Positions 56,519 through 64,000 of a stretch of 64,000 bases of DNA are shown here, piece after piece; positions within the stretch are counted from its first letter, which is position 1; the number at the start of each line of letters is the position of its first letter. Origin of the DNA: an uncultured Bacteroidales bacterium (GTDB taxonomy: Bacteria > Bacteroidota > Bacteroidia > Bacteroidales > PUMT01); contig CAZFOO010000004.1 in NCBI GenBank assembly GCA_964520585.1, positions 13,839 to 77,838 on the forward strand, in the 5' to 3' direction. The notes under the pieces are model-generated. The model made no database searches. It worked only from the letters and a program-made list of their open reading frames with translations, and was not told the origin of the DNA. Made by a program: the position numbers and the translations under genes.

Positions 56519-57574
56519 TCAAATATTGTTTCCTTCTTCCAGTATTTCTATTGCCTTCTCCAGGATGTCGTCGGTCCCTTCGAGCATAGATTCTTTGGTC
56601 ATGTCTATCTGTATTTGTGGAGGAATCCCCGATTCAATATTGATTTCCTGGGGACTATAGAATCTTGTGCTGGAGACTCTTAGCAGCCAGCCATTCGGAA
56701 GATCGTGAAATGCCGGCATTCCTCCCCCTCCACCTGTGGTATCACCTATAAATGTTACATTGGAAAAAGTATTCATATACTGAGCAAAATAAGTGGTTGC
56801 ACTGTAACTTTTTCTGTTGGTAAGCACGACTACTTTACCCGTGTATCTTTCTCCGTCATGTGGTTCGATATAAATATCCTCTTTTCTGAAATCTTCGTGC
56901 CCCGGTCCTGTTTTTACATAATTATATCCGACAAGTGTCTTTTCATTGGTAAAGCGTGATGCCAGCTTTCTTGCATTCTCAATGCTTCCTCCGCCATTGT
57001 TGCGGACATCAAATATGAGTCCTTCCTTATTTTGAAGGTTCAGCAGCAGGATATCAAGATTAGTGTCTCCTATAGTATTGGCAAAACTGCTGTAATAAAC
57101 ATATACAATCTCTCCCAGATCAACGAACTGAAGGGGGCCTATGTACCTCTGCCTGCCCTCGAAATAATTCCGCTCAATTATCGAATAATCAAAATTCTCT
57201 GGACTGTCCAGATACCATTCCCAATAGCGGGACCGGTCAAAAGAACTGACAAGATTGACATGACCGTCTTTTAGCTGGTATAGCATATCGGCACACAGGT
57301 CAAACAGTTCCACGTTATTCATCTCATCGTGCACCAAAGGCTGGTAATTTGAGTATATCTGATCCCAATCAATATCTTTGTATTCAAAAAAGGAATAATG
57401 CCTGTCTGTAAAGGTCCATACTTCCTCGAAAATGGTTGCCGGATCTGTTCCCGAATCGGGTTGCATTAAAACTTTTTCACATGCCGGTGAGATTATGGCA
57501 AGAAAAATAAATAGCATCGCCGGCATTATTGCCAGGGAAGCTTTGTTTTTTAACTTGACTATTTGTGACAACAT
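56519..57574 (-). CDS. S41 family peptidase
   Basis: LIFDVRNNGGGS and a downstream S..AT/K region typical of C-terminal processing peptidases, plus a signal/lipobox. Confidence 0.7.
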   Translation of the reverse strand: MLSQIVKLKNKASLAIMPAMLFIFLAIISPACEKVLMQPDSGTDPATIFEEVWTFTDRHYSFFEYKDIDWDQIYSNYQPLVHDEMNNVELFDLCADMLYQLKDGHVNLVSSFDRSRYWEWYLDSPENFDYSIIERNYFEGRQRYIGPLQFVDLGEIVYVYYSSFANTIGDTNLDILLLNLQNKEGLIFDVRNNGGGSIENARKLASRFTNEKTLVGYNYVKTGPGHEDFRKEDIYIEPHDGERYTGKVVVLTNRKSYSATTYFAQYMNTFSNVTFIGDTTGGGGGMPAFHDLPNGWLLRVSSTRFYSPQEINIESGIPPQIQIDMTKESMLEGTDDILEKAIEILEEGNNI

Positions 57575-57618
57575 ATTGGAATTATAATTTTATTTTTCAG
57601 AAAGTAACAGGTTAATTA

Positions 57619-58449
57619 TTATCTTACCTTGAAGTAAAGTTCAAGAACAAGCTGATGCTGGGTGTTGTTCATATTAAGGCTGTGTTTTCCCGCCATAGTA
57701 TAATAATCCCATATATAACCTATCCGGAACCAGTTTGGGTTTGATTTGCCACTGAAAGATTCTCTTACAAATAATCCTGTAGTAAAATGGGAATAATTGA
57801 AGGGTGTCAGGATCGCTTGCTCGAATCCCTGTATTTTTGTGCCTCCGTCTTCATCCAGTTCGAAACTTACGCCATATTCGGGGATCCTCATTGCATAGCC
57901 GCCCAGACTGGCTGCCAGGGAGAGTTCAATATTCCAGTCCCTCCACAAAAACCTGCTTTCGAAATTCAAACCTGCCTGGGGCCTTAATTCGGCTATGAAA
58001 TCCGCGAACAGAAAAGAATTACCCAATCTGTCAGCTATACGGAAATTGCCGAACAGGTTAGCTTCTCCTCCTGCAAATATTTCATAATTGTCAGGTGTAT
58101 TAACCTTTCTAAGATGAAGATACCTCAATCCCCCACCCGGATTTGACACGATCGTGTTTTTATGTGCAGGCCTGGAATAATTGAACTGGATCCGGGCAAA
58201 ACTCCATTCTGAAATATAGGTGGACCTGTGGACACGACGGCCAAAATTGATAATACCACCTGGTCCTTCATAATGAAGATTTGACATCCTCTGGTCCATT
58301 AAAATACTCCAGGTAAAACCCTGATCATTTTTGTAATATATTCCTTCCGGGACGGCAACCTTTTCGCTGCCTTCATCTGACTGCCCGGCATTAAGGTAAA
58401 GACCGGAAATTAATAACAGGATAGATGCCAGGATAAAGCTCCGGATCAT
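57619..58449 (-). CDS. hypothetical exported protein, possibly outer-membrane beta-barrel
   Basis: Signal peptide MIRSFILASILLLISGLYLNA and an alternating aromatic-rich pattern. Co-directional with the S41 peptidase gene. The start is uncertain (the track ORF extends to 58533). Confidence 0.4.
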   Translation of the reverse strand: MIRSFILASILLLISGLYLNAGQSDEGSEKVAVPEGIYYKNDQGFTWSILMDQRMSNLHYEGPGGIINFGRRVHRSTYISEWSFARIQFNYSRPAHKNTIVSNPGGGLRYLHLRKVNTPDNYEIFAGGEANLFGNFRIADRLGNSFLFADFIAELRPQAGLNFESRFLWRDWNIELSLAASLGGYAMRIPEYGVSFELDEDGGTKIQGFEQAILTPFNYSHFTTGLFVRESFSGKSNPNWFRIGYIWDYYTMAGKHSLNMNNTQHQLVLELYFKVR

Positions 58450-58644
58450 TCCTGGGCAATTCAGGTAAGAAGGGTGTATATGGTAAAATAGTCGAAACAG
58501 GATAGTGTTTTTCATTATGAAATTTTTTCCCATGCAGTGATTTTGTGGATGGATAATTCTAAATATTTATTATTGCTGCAAAACTAACAAAGCTTTACTA
58601 AATATGATTCATGTTTCTGTGTTTAAATTTATTCGTATAAAGTA

Positions 58645-58702
58645 TAGTTAGTAATCTGTTTAACAATGTGTTAGTGATTCATGGTTCGGATATTGTGCTT
58701 TT
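58645..58702 (+). repeat. intergenic repeat family R3, copy 2
   Basis: TAGTTAGTAATCTGTTTAACAATGTGTTAGTGATTCATGGTTCGGATATT aligns with 10408-10466. Confidence 0.7.
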
Positions 58703-58725
58703 CAATCAATATAACCCCCTGTTTT

Positions 58726-58753
58726 ATTGACTTCGTCGGTTTCACATGCAATG
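58726..58753 (+). repeat. fragment matching the 3' part of R1
   Basis: ATTGACTTCGTCGGTTTCACATGCAATG versus ATTGACTTCGTCGATTACATATGCTATG at 37040-37068. Confidence 0.5.
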
Positions 58754-59102
58754 TTTTGTCTCGTTTTGCAATAGTTTTCGAATGTAAAATTCATGCTATT
58801 TTGCGTGACTTCAGTATCAGGGTGATTTATGGGTAAATTTTAAATGAGCAAAGCGATGCTAAGGATTTTCATCAATAATTATTGAAAGATAATAATTGGA
58901 TTTCATGCAGGTCCCGTTGAAATATCTAATAAATATTTTACCTGTTTAATTCTTTTTATTTTATCTCATGCCGGTTACGCGAAATCTATAAAGTGATAAA
59001 ATTGTTTGGCAGCCATTTATTTTTCAATATGTAGGGGTATTTCCCTTTACTTTTTTATTTTTATGTTTTAATTTGATCACTAATAAACAAAATAAAATAA
59101 TT

Positions 59103-60038
59103 ATGGAACGTAGGAATTTTATCCGTAACGCTGCTCTGGGGAGCATCGGGCTTACCGGGCTGACCGGTGCTTTTGCAACTAACGCAGGCGCCTCTGAAAC
59201 AAAAGTCTCCAATAAGGCAAAATTCAATCTCAAGTATGCACCTTCACTGGGAACCTTCCGGGAGCATGCCGGTGATGATCCAATTGATCAGATAAAGTTT
59301 ATGCATGATCAGGGATTCAGGGCAATATTTGACAATGGATTAATGGGTAGGGAGCCAGCATTGCAGGAGAAAATTGCAAACGAACTTGATCGCCTGGGGA
59401 TGGATCTGGGACCATTTGTTCTTTATGCAGATTTTAGTGTGAAATCAATGGTAACACGTGATCCCGAAATGATGGAGATGCTTAGGGACAGAATGAGAAT
59501 GGGTCTTGAAGTGCATAAGCGCACCAATGTCCAATCAGCTCTTGTAGTACCGGGACGTTATGATGAAAGGCTGCACTGGGATTATCAGACGGCAAATGTT
59601 ATTGATACCATGCGGATGTGCAGTGAAATCGTTGAAAAAAGCGAAATGGTGCTTGTTATGGAACCCTTAAATGTTTTGATAAATCATCCCGGACTGTTCC
59701 TGACTTCCATACCACAGGCATATATGATTTGCAAGGCAGTTGAACACACCCATTGCCGTATTGTGAATGATACCTATCATCAGCAAATCACTGAGGGTAA
59801 TTTGATACCCAACATAGATATGGCCTGGGAATATATTGCTGCTTTCCATTGCGGCGACCATCCCGGCAGAAGAGAGCCGGGGACAGGCGAGATTAACTAT
59901 CTGAACGTATTCAAACATTTGTATGATAAAGGCTATGATGGCGTTATATGCACCGAACATGGCAGAAGTATTCCCGGCAAGGAGGGAGAGAAAGCTTTTA
60001 TAGAAGCTTACAGGAAGGTGGATTCTTTTGAAGTTTAA
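59103..60038 (+). CDS. Tat-exported xylose isomerase-like TIM barrel protein (hydroxypyruvate isomerase-like)
   Basis: MERRNFIRNAALGSIGLTGLTGAFA twin-arginine signal and a TIM-barrel isomerase-like body. ATG at 59103. Confidence 0.6.
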   Translation: MERRNFIRNAALGSIGLTGLTGAFATNAGASETKVSNKAKFNLKYAPSLGTFREHAGDDPIDQIKFMHDQGFRAIFDNGLMGREPALQEKIANELDRLGMDLGPFVLYADFSVKSMVTRDPEMMEMLRDRMRMGLEVHKRTNVQSALVVPGRYDERLHWDYQTANVIDTMRMCSEIVEKSEMVLVMEPLNVLINHPGLFLTSIPQAYMICKAVEHTHCRIVNDTYHQQITEGNLIPNIDMAWEYIAAFHCGDHPGRREPGTGEINYLNVFKHLYDKGYDGVICTEHGRSIPGKEGEKAFIEAYRKVDSFEV

Positions 60039-60097
60039 TAAAAAGTAAGTATTTCAATATTTCTTAAAAATTATTTAACAGGCAACTGGTATAATAT

Positions 60098-60150
60098 GTT
60101 CCTCCTGTAAGGCAAAAATTTATTTAAGATATTAACAAGATTTGACCTGT
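60098..60150 (+). repeat. R2-like core, copy E (decayed)
   Basis: GTTCCTCCTGTAAGGCAAAAATTTATTTAAG..CAAGATTTGACC resembles the R2 core. Confidence 0.45.
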
Positions 60151-60287
60151 GGTTGACTATATTATAATATACTATTAAAAGCTCTTTTTGCAAAATAGAA
60201 CAGATGTATAATTGACACAGGGGATGAACCGGTGCGGGTGATTGTAAATTCTTTTCTTAAGACTGCCTGCTTAATCAAATCATTATC

Positions 60288-60788
60288 ATGAAGCATTTTA
60301 TTAAATTATTACATGAAAAAGATGTTGCAATAATCCACTGGATGGCTGAATATGGTATTTTCCTGGTCAGGATAAGTATCGGAATTATTTTTTTCTGGTT
60401 CGGGATACTGAAATATTTCCCGGGACTTAGTCCCGCAGATGATTTGGCAACCAGGACAATAGAAATACTTACGTTCGGTATTATAACCGGTAAGGTTGCC
60501 CTCGTCATCCTTGCCACGCTGGAAGTTGTTATAGGAATCGGCCTGATATTTGGGATATTTCTCCGGGAAACTTTGTTGTTATTATTTTTTCAGATGCTTG
60601 GAACTATAACGCCCATGTTTCTTTTTCCGGAAGAGGTATTTACCAGGATACCATATGCTCCCACACTGGAAGGACAGTACATAATCAAGAATATCGTTAT
60701 AGTAAGTGCCGGAATTGTAATCGGGTCTACTGTGCGGGGCGGAAGAATTGTAGCAGATCCGGAGGAAATGGATCAACCCGGTGACTGA
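60288..60788 (+). CDS. DoxX-like small membrane protein (tentative)
   Basis: 166 aa with 4 TM segments. RISIGIIFFWFGILKYF resembles DoxX/DUF417-type proteins. Confidence 0.4.
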   Translation: MKHFIKLLHEKDVAIIHWMAEYGIFLVRISIGIIFFWFGILKYFPGLSPADDLATRTIEILTFGIITGKVALVILATLEVVIGIGLIFGIFLRETLLLLFFQMLGTITPMFLFPEEVFTRIPYAPTLEGQYIIKNIVIVSAGIVIGSTVRGGRIVADPEEMDQPGD

Positions 60789-60862
60789 GGTTTGAAAACG
60801 TGCTTGCCCGGAGATTTTTTTGCAGATTGCTGCCATCTTGGCTAAATGCAATAACAGGAATT

Positions 60863-61270
60863 ATGAAACTTGAAAAGGTTCTTTTTAAAATGTCTTTTAC
60901 TGAGACATTAATACTATCACTGTTTTTCTTTGGTATTTTCAATGGATTTATTTTGCTTTTTATGGTTTTAACTGGCAGGACTGGGTTTCTGCTTTATGAC
61001 AACGCCTGGATAATCCAGGTTTTCTTTCCATTTATGTATTCCATTATTCAAACTTCAATAAACCGAAATGGGATATTAAAGATTTCTGATTATAATGATT
61101 TACTGTCATTGGTTAAAAAGATAGAAAATCTGGTTTTTAAAAAAGGATATATTCCGACAGAGCCAAAAAAACAGATCTTACAACTGCAAAATCGAATACG
61201 TTCAACATTGCATTTGTCAGGAAGACAAAATGAGACAGGGTTTTTAATTTTTTTTTCAGAGAAGATATAA
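60863..61270 (+). CDS. hypothetical membrane protein
   Basis: Two N-terminal TM segments and no recognisable family. The ORF ends just after a T9 homopolymer tract. Confidence 0.3.
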   Translation: MKLEKVLFKMSFTETLILSLFFFGIFNGFILLFMVLTGRTGFLLYDNAWIIQVFFPFMYSIIQTSINRNGILKISDYNDLLSLVKKIENLVFKKGYIPTEPKKQILQLQNRIRSTLHLSGRQNETGFLIFFSEKI

Positions 61271-61606
61271 ATATTCAGGTTAATATGGATGAAATACTAA
61301 TCTTCACAAAAAGGAACCTGATTATCCGGATTTTAACCAGGCTTAAATACGACAAGTCCAATAATAAAATAAACCAGGCGGTTTAAAACAGACAATCAAA
61401 TAATATTCAAGCTGCACTATTTCCCATCGTACAGTTGATAAACAAACTGAATCATAAAAATATGGATATCAAAATACCAGCCAGTAGATGTGCAAAGTGA
61501 AAAAGTTCACTTTAAGTAAACAGACTGTTTTTTATCATAATATTTAAATACTCTTCTATTTATATTTACCCGCGTAAGTTAAAGTCAAATTTGAATTCGA
61601 AATCTC

Positions 61607-62437
61607 ATGGACAGACGTAAAGCAATGAAAGTTTTTGCCGGTGTCGTCGCCGGAAGTGGAGTAGGTGCTTATACTCTCGGAAACATTTTCAAGACTGAAA
61701 CCCAACCAATGGAACAACCGGTGAAGCTGGAATACACTCCTTCAGATTCCTCCTGGGCATATTCTCCCTTAGACCCTGCTGCAACCGGGGAGCTGGCTTA
61801 TAGTTATTACCAGGAAGGCAGTTGCATGTATGCTGTATTTAAGAGTATAATAGTGCAGTTAGCTGATAAATTTGGCGAACCCTATGCTTCTTTTCCATGC
61901 CACATGATGAAATATGGACATAGCGGTATTGGGGGTTATGGTACTGTTTGCGGTGCTCTTAACGGGGGTGCTGCTCTTATTGGGTTACTTGTAGAAGAGA
62001 AATCAGCCCAGAATATCCTTATATCCGGGCTTTTCAGGTGGTATGAACAGAATCAGCTCCCGGAATTCAAGCCCCGGACGACATTTCTTGATTTCACCCC
62101 ACCCTCATCCTTATCTGAATCAACTCTATGTCATGCTTCTGTTACCAATTGGGTGAAACAATCAGGATATGAAGCCGATTCCGGTGAGCGCAAAGAGAGA
62201 TGCCGGCGTCTGACAGCTGACGTAGCATTAAGAACCGCTGCAATCCTGAATGAATATACTGGTAATACTTATCTCACAGTTGGACATGACAGTCAGGATG
62301 TACGGGAATGTATGACCTGTCATGGTGATGAGGGAAAACTCAACAATACTAATGGAAAAATGCAGTGTTCTTCATGCCACAATGAATCGGTCACACACAA
62401 AATATTTGCAGAGCCGCACTATAGGGTGATGAAATAA
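61607..62437 (+). CDS. Tat-exported C_GCAxxG_C_C family protein with two C-terminal CxxCH haem motifs (split-Soret cytochrome c-like)
   Basis: MDRRKAMKVFAG twin-arginine signal, GTVCGALNGGAALIGL core, and CMTCH and CSSCH near the C-terminus. Confidence 0.6.
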   Translation: MDRRKAMKVFAGVVAGSGVGAYTLGNIFKTETQPMEQPVKLEYTPSDSSWAYSPLDPAATGELAYSYYQEGSCMYAVFKSIIVQLADKFGEPYASFPCHMMKYGHSGIGGYGTVCGALNGGAALIGLLVEEKSAQNILISGLFRWYEQNQLPEFKPRTTFLDFTPPSSLSESTLCHASVTNWVKQSGYEADSGERKERCRRLTADVALRTAAILNEYTGNTYLTVGHDSQDVRECMTCHGDEGKLNNTNGKMQCSSCHNESVTHKIFAEPHYRVMK

Positions 62438-62588
62438 TAATAGCGGGGACAAGCAGATTTTATTGATTTAATTTATTTCCTTTTATCTGATAAAATATGC
62501 TATCTGAAGCAACAGTAAATATTTTATTTCGGCATCGCTATGAGCCGATTATCAGTTTGGCTCGTGAATTTGAAACCGGGGTCTTTTT

Positions 62589-63650
62589 TTAATACTTCTT
62601 TCGGTTAGCAAAAGCTACCAGAGAAAGCATTACCGGTACCTCGACAAGAACTCCTACCACTGTTACCAGTGCAGCGGGCGACTGGAGACCGAAAAGTGCA
62701 ATTGCCACTGCAACAGCTAGTTCAAAGAAGTTGCTTGCGCCGATCATGGCTGCAGGTGCACAAACAGCATGTGAGAGATTCAGTTTTTTCCCTCCATACC
62801 AGGCAACAAAGAATATAAAGTATGTCTGGATCACAAGCGGAACTGCAGCCAGCAAAATTATAAACGGATTATTAATTATATTCTGACCCTGAAATGCAAA
62901 TAATAGCACCAGTGTTACAAGAAGTGCAACAATGCTTACAGGCTTCAGTTTTGGCAGGAATCTCTTTTTAAACCACTCTTCACCATGCGATCTCAGTAAT
63001 ATTCTCTGCGTGATAACTCCGGCAACCAGCGGCACAACAACAAAGATCACGACACTGGCAACCAGGGTGTCATAGGGTATGATGACATCGGTAATGCCAA
63101 GTAGCAGACCGACAATCGGAATAAATGCTACAAGTATGATCAGGTCGTTAACTGAAACCTGCACAAGGGTGTAGTTTGGATCGCCGTCGGTAAGGTAGGA
63201 CCATACGAAAACCATTGCGGTGCAGGGAGCTGCACCCAATATGATCGCCCCGGCAATATACTCGCCGGCCAATTCAGGATCAATCCATGCCTGATAAAGC
63301 TTCGAGAAGAACAACCAGGCAAAGAAAGCCATTGTGAATGGCTTTATAAGCCAGTTAATAATAAGCGTCCATACTACTCCTCTTGGTTTTTTGCCGATTT
63401 TCCGTATACTGCCGAAATCAATCTGGAGCATCATCGGATATATCATCAGCCAGATTAGTATTGCAACAGGTATATTTACCTTTGCTATTTCAAGGCTGCT
63501 TATGATTTCAATGCTGTCGCCGGCTATATGGCCAATGCCGATACCTGACAGGATTCCAAGTGCAACCCAGAGGGTAAGATATTTTTCAAACAACCCTATA
63601 GTTTTTCTGGATTTATCAGGAATGGTAACTTCCTTTATCGGGTCAGTCAT
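62589..63650 (-). CDS. acr3: ACR3 family arsenite efflux transporter
   Basis: 353 aa with N-terminus GLFEKYLTLWVALGILSGIGIGH and a 10-TM layout typical of ACR3. Confidence 0.8.
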   Translation of the reverse strand: MTDPIKEVTIPDKSRKTIGLFEKYLTLWVALGILSGIGIGHIAGDSIEIISSLEIAKVNIPVAILIWLMIYPMMLQIDFGSIRKIGKKPRGVVWTLIINWLIKPFTMAFFAWLFFSKLYQAWIDPELAGEYIAGAIILGAAPCTAMVFVWSYLTDGDPNYTLVQVSVNDLIILVAFIPIVGLLLGITDVIIPYDTLVASVVIFVVVPLVAGVITQRILLRSHGEEWFKKRFLPKLKPVSIVALLVTLVLLFAFQGQNIINNPFIILLAAVPLVIQTYFIFFVAWYGGKKLNLSHAVCAPAAMIGASNFFELAVAVAIALFGLQSPAALVTVVGVLVEVPVMLSLVAFANRKKY

Positions 63651-63808
63651 TTTGTTTGATAGTTATTATGGTTAGAACAATCATTTAATTGCATTCTGCA
63701 CTTGCAGAGTCTGGCTCAACGGTCCTTAATTATTGTGAAAACCTCATCTGCCTTAAGAAGGCAAAAAACATGAATTTCATATCTTTGCGCAGTGCTAAAT
63801 CCGGTGGC

Positions 63809-64000
63809 TTAGATTTTAACCGCTCCAACTGTAATTGAAAACAGTCCGGTAATACTGGTTTTGAATTTTTTAATTTCAGCATCATCCATCTTTTCACCAA
63901 GTACATGGTCCGGGATTGCAAGGCTTCTCTTCTTGTATACCTTCACCGGAGCCAAGGTCAAGCACATGATCACCCGACTTGATACCTGCGTAATCAGTTG
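63809..64000 (-). pseudogene. possible frameshifted/truncated SAM-dependent methyltransferase remnant (ArsM-like?), runs off the window end
   Basis: One minus-strand frame reads TDYAGIKSGDHVLDLGSGEG (motif I), then stops after 14 more codons. A second frame continues ...LAIPDHVLGEKMDDAEIKKFK... to a TAA at 63811-63809. Confidence 0.3.

Noticed and set aside
63730-63921. ORF-track entry of 63 aa on the minus strand.
   Set aside because: It is a third frame across the methyltransferase-remnant region and its translation has no features. Probably spurious.
1-64000. Looked for tRNA/rRNA genes, integrases, transposases, phage modules, toxin-antitoxin pairs and known defence genes.
   Set aside because: None recognised in any ORF translation or intergenic region by eye. 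tRNAscan-SE, Infernal and DefenseFinder/PADLOC runs would be needed to be sure.

Overview
This 64-kb chromosomal segment looks like a Bacteroidota genome. Support: T9SS PorP/SprF and plug genes, OmpH, a fused E1 alpha/beta dehydrogenase, many lipobox signals, TAnnTTTG-type promoter boxes, and moderate-to-low GC by eye. Content is almost entirely metabolism. In order: fabD, folE and a COG0720 pterin gene; hldD; three clustered Fe/Mn superoxide dismutase paralogs; pruA; a TRAP transporter; and a large tungsten/molybdenum-cofactor island. The island holds a ThiS/ThiF-like pair, aldehyde:ferredoxin oxidoreductase, a WtpABC-like transporter, a MobB-like protein, MoeA, MoaA, MoaC, a PPase-like lipoprotein and a MOSC-MogA fusion. 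Then come the complete Na+-NQR operon nqrABCDEF with apbE and NqrM-like genes, NhaC, two orphan LytTR-only regulators, a glgX(treX)-treZ-treY::malQ trehalose operon, and an ACR3 arsenite pump beside a Tat-exported split-Soret-like dihaem protein. I recognised no rRNA, tRNA, CRISPR array, transposase, integrase, phage genes or known defence system. The least explained signal is non-coding: three families of dispersed intergenic repeats, all in the same orientation and mostly just upstream of minus-strand genes. R1 is about 160 bp with a 15-bp perfect hairpin, R2 is about 100 bp with a CCTCCT box and a terminator-like 3' end, and R3 is about 60 bp. Other points: a mosaic near-identical block between two inverted SOD paralogs, a Tat-like exported Mn/Fe-SOD, a 17-bp x5 tandem repeat across the nqrA stop, and a TreY-MalQ fusion. 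All calls come from reading the supplied translations and sequence by eye. No searches were run, and repeat coordinates are good to about +/-5 nt.
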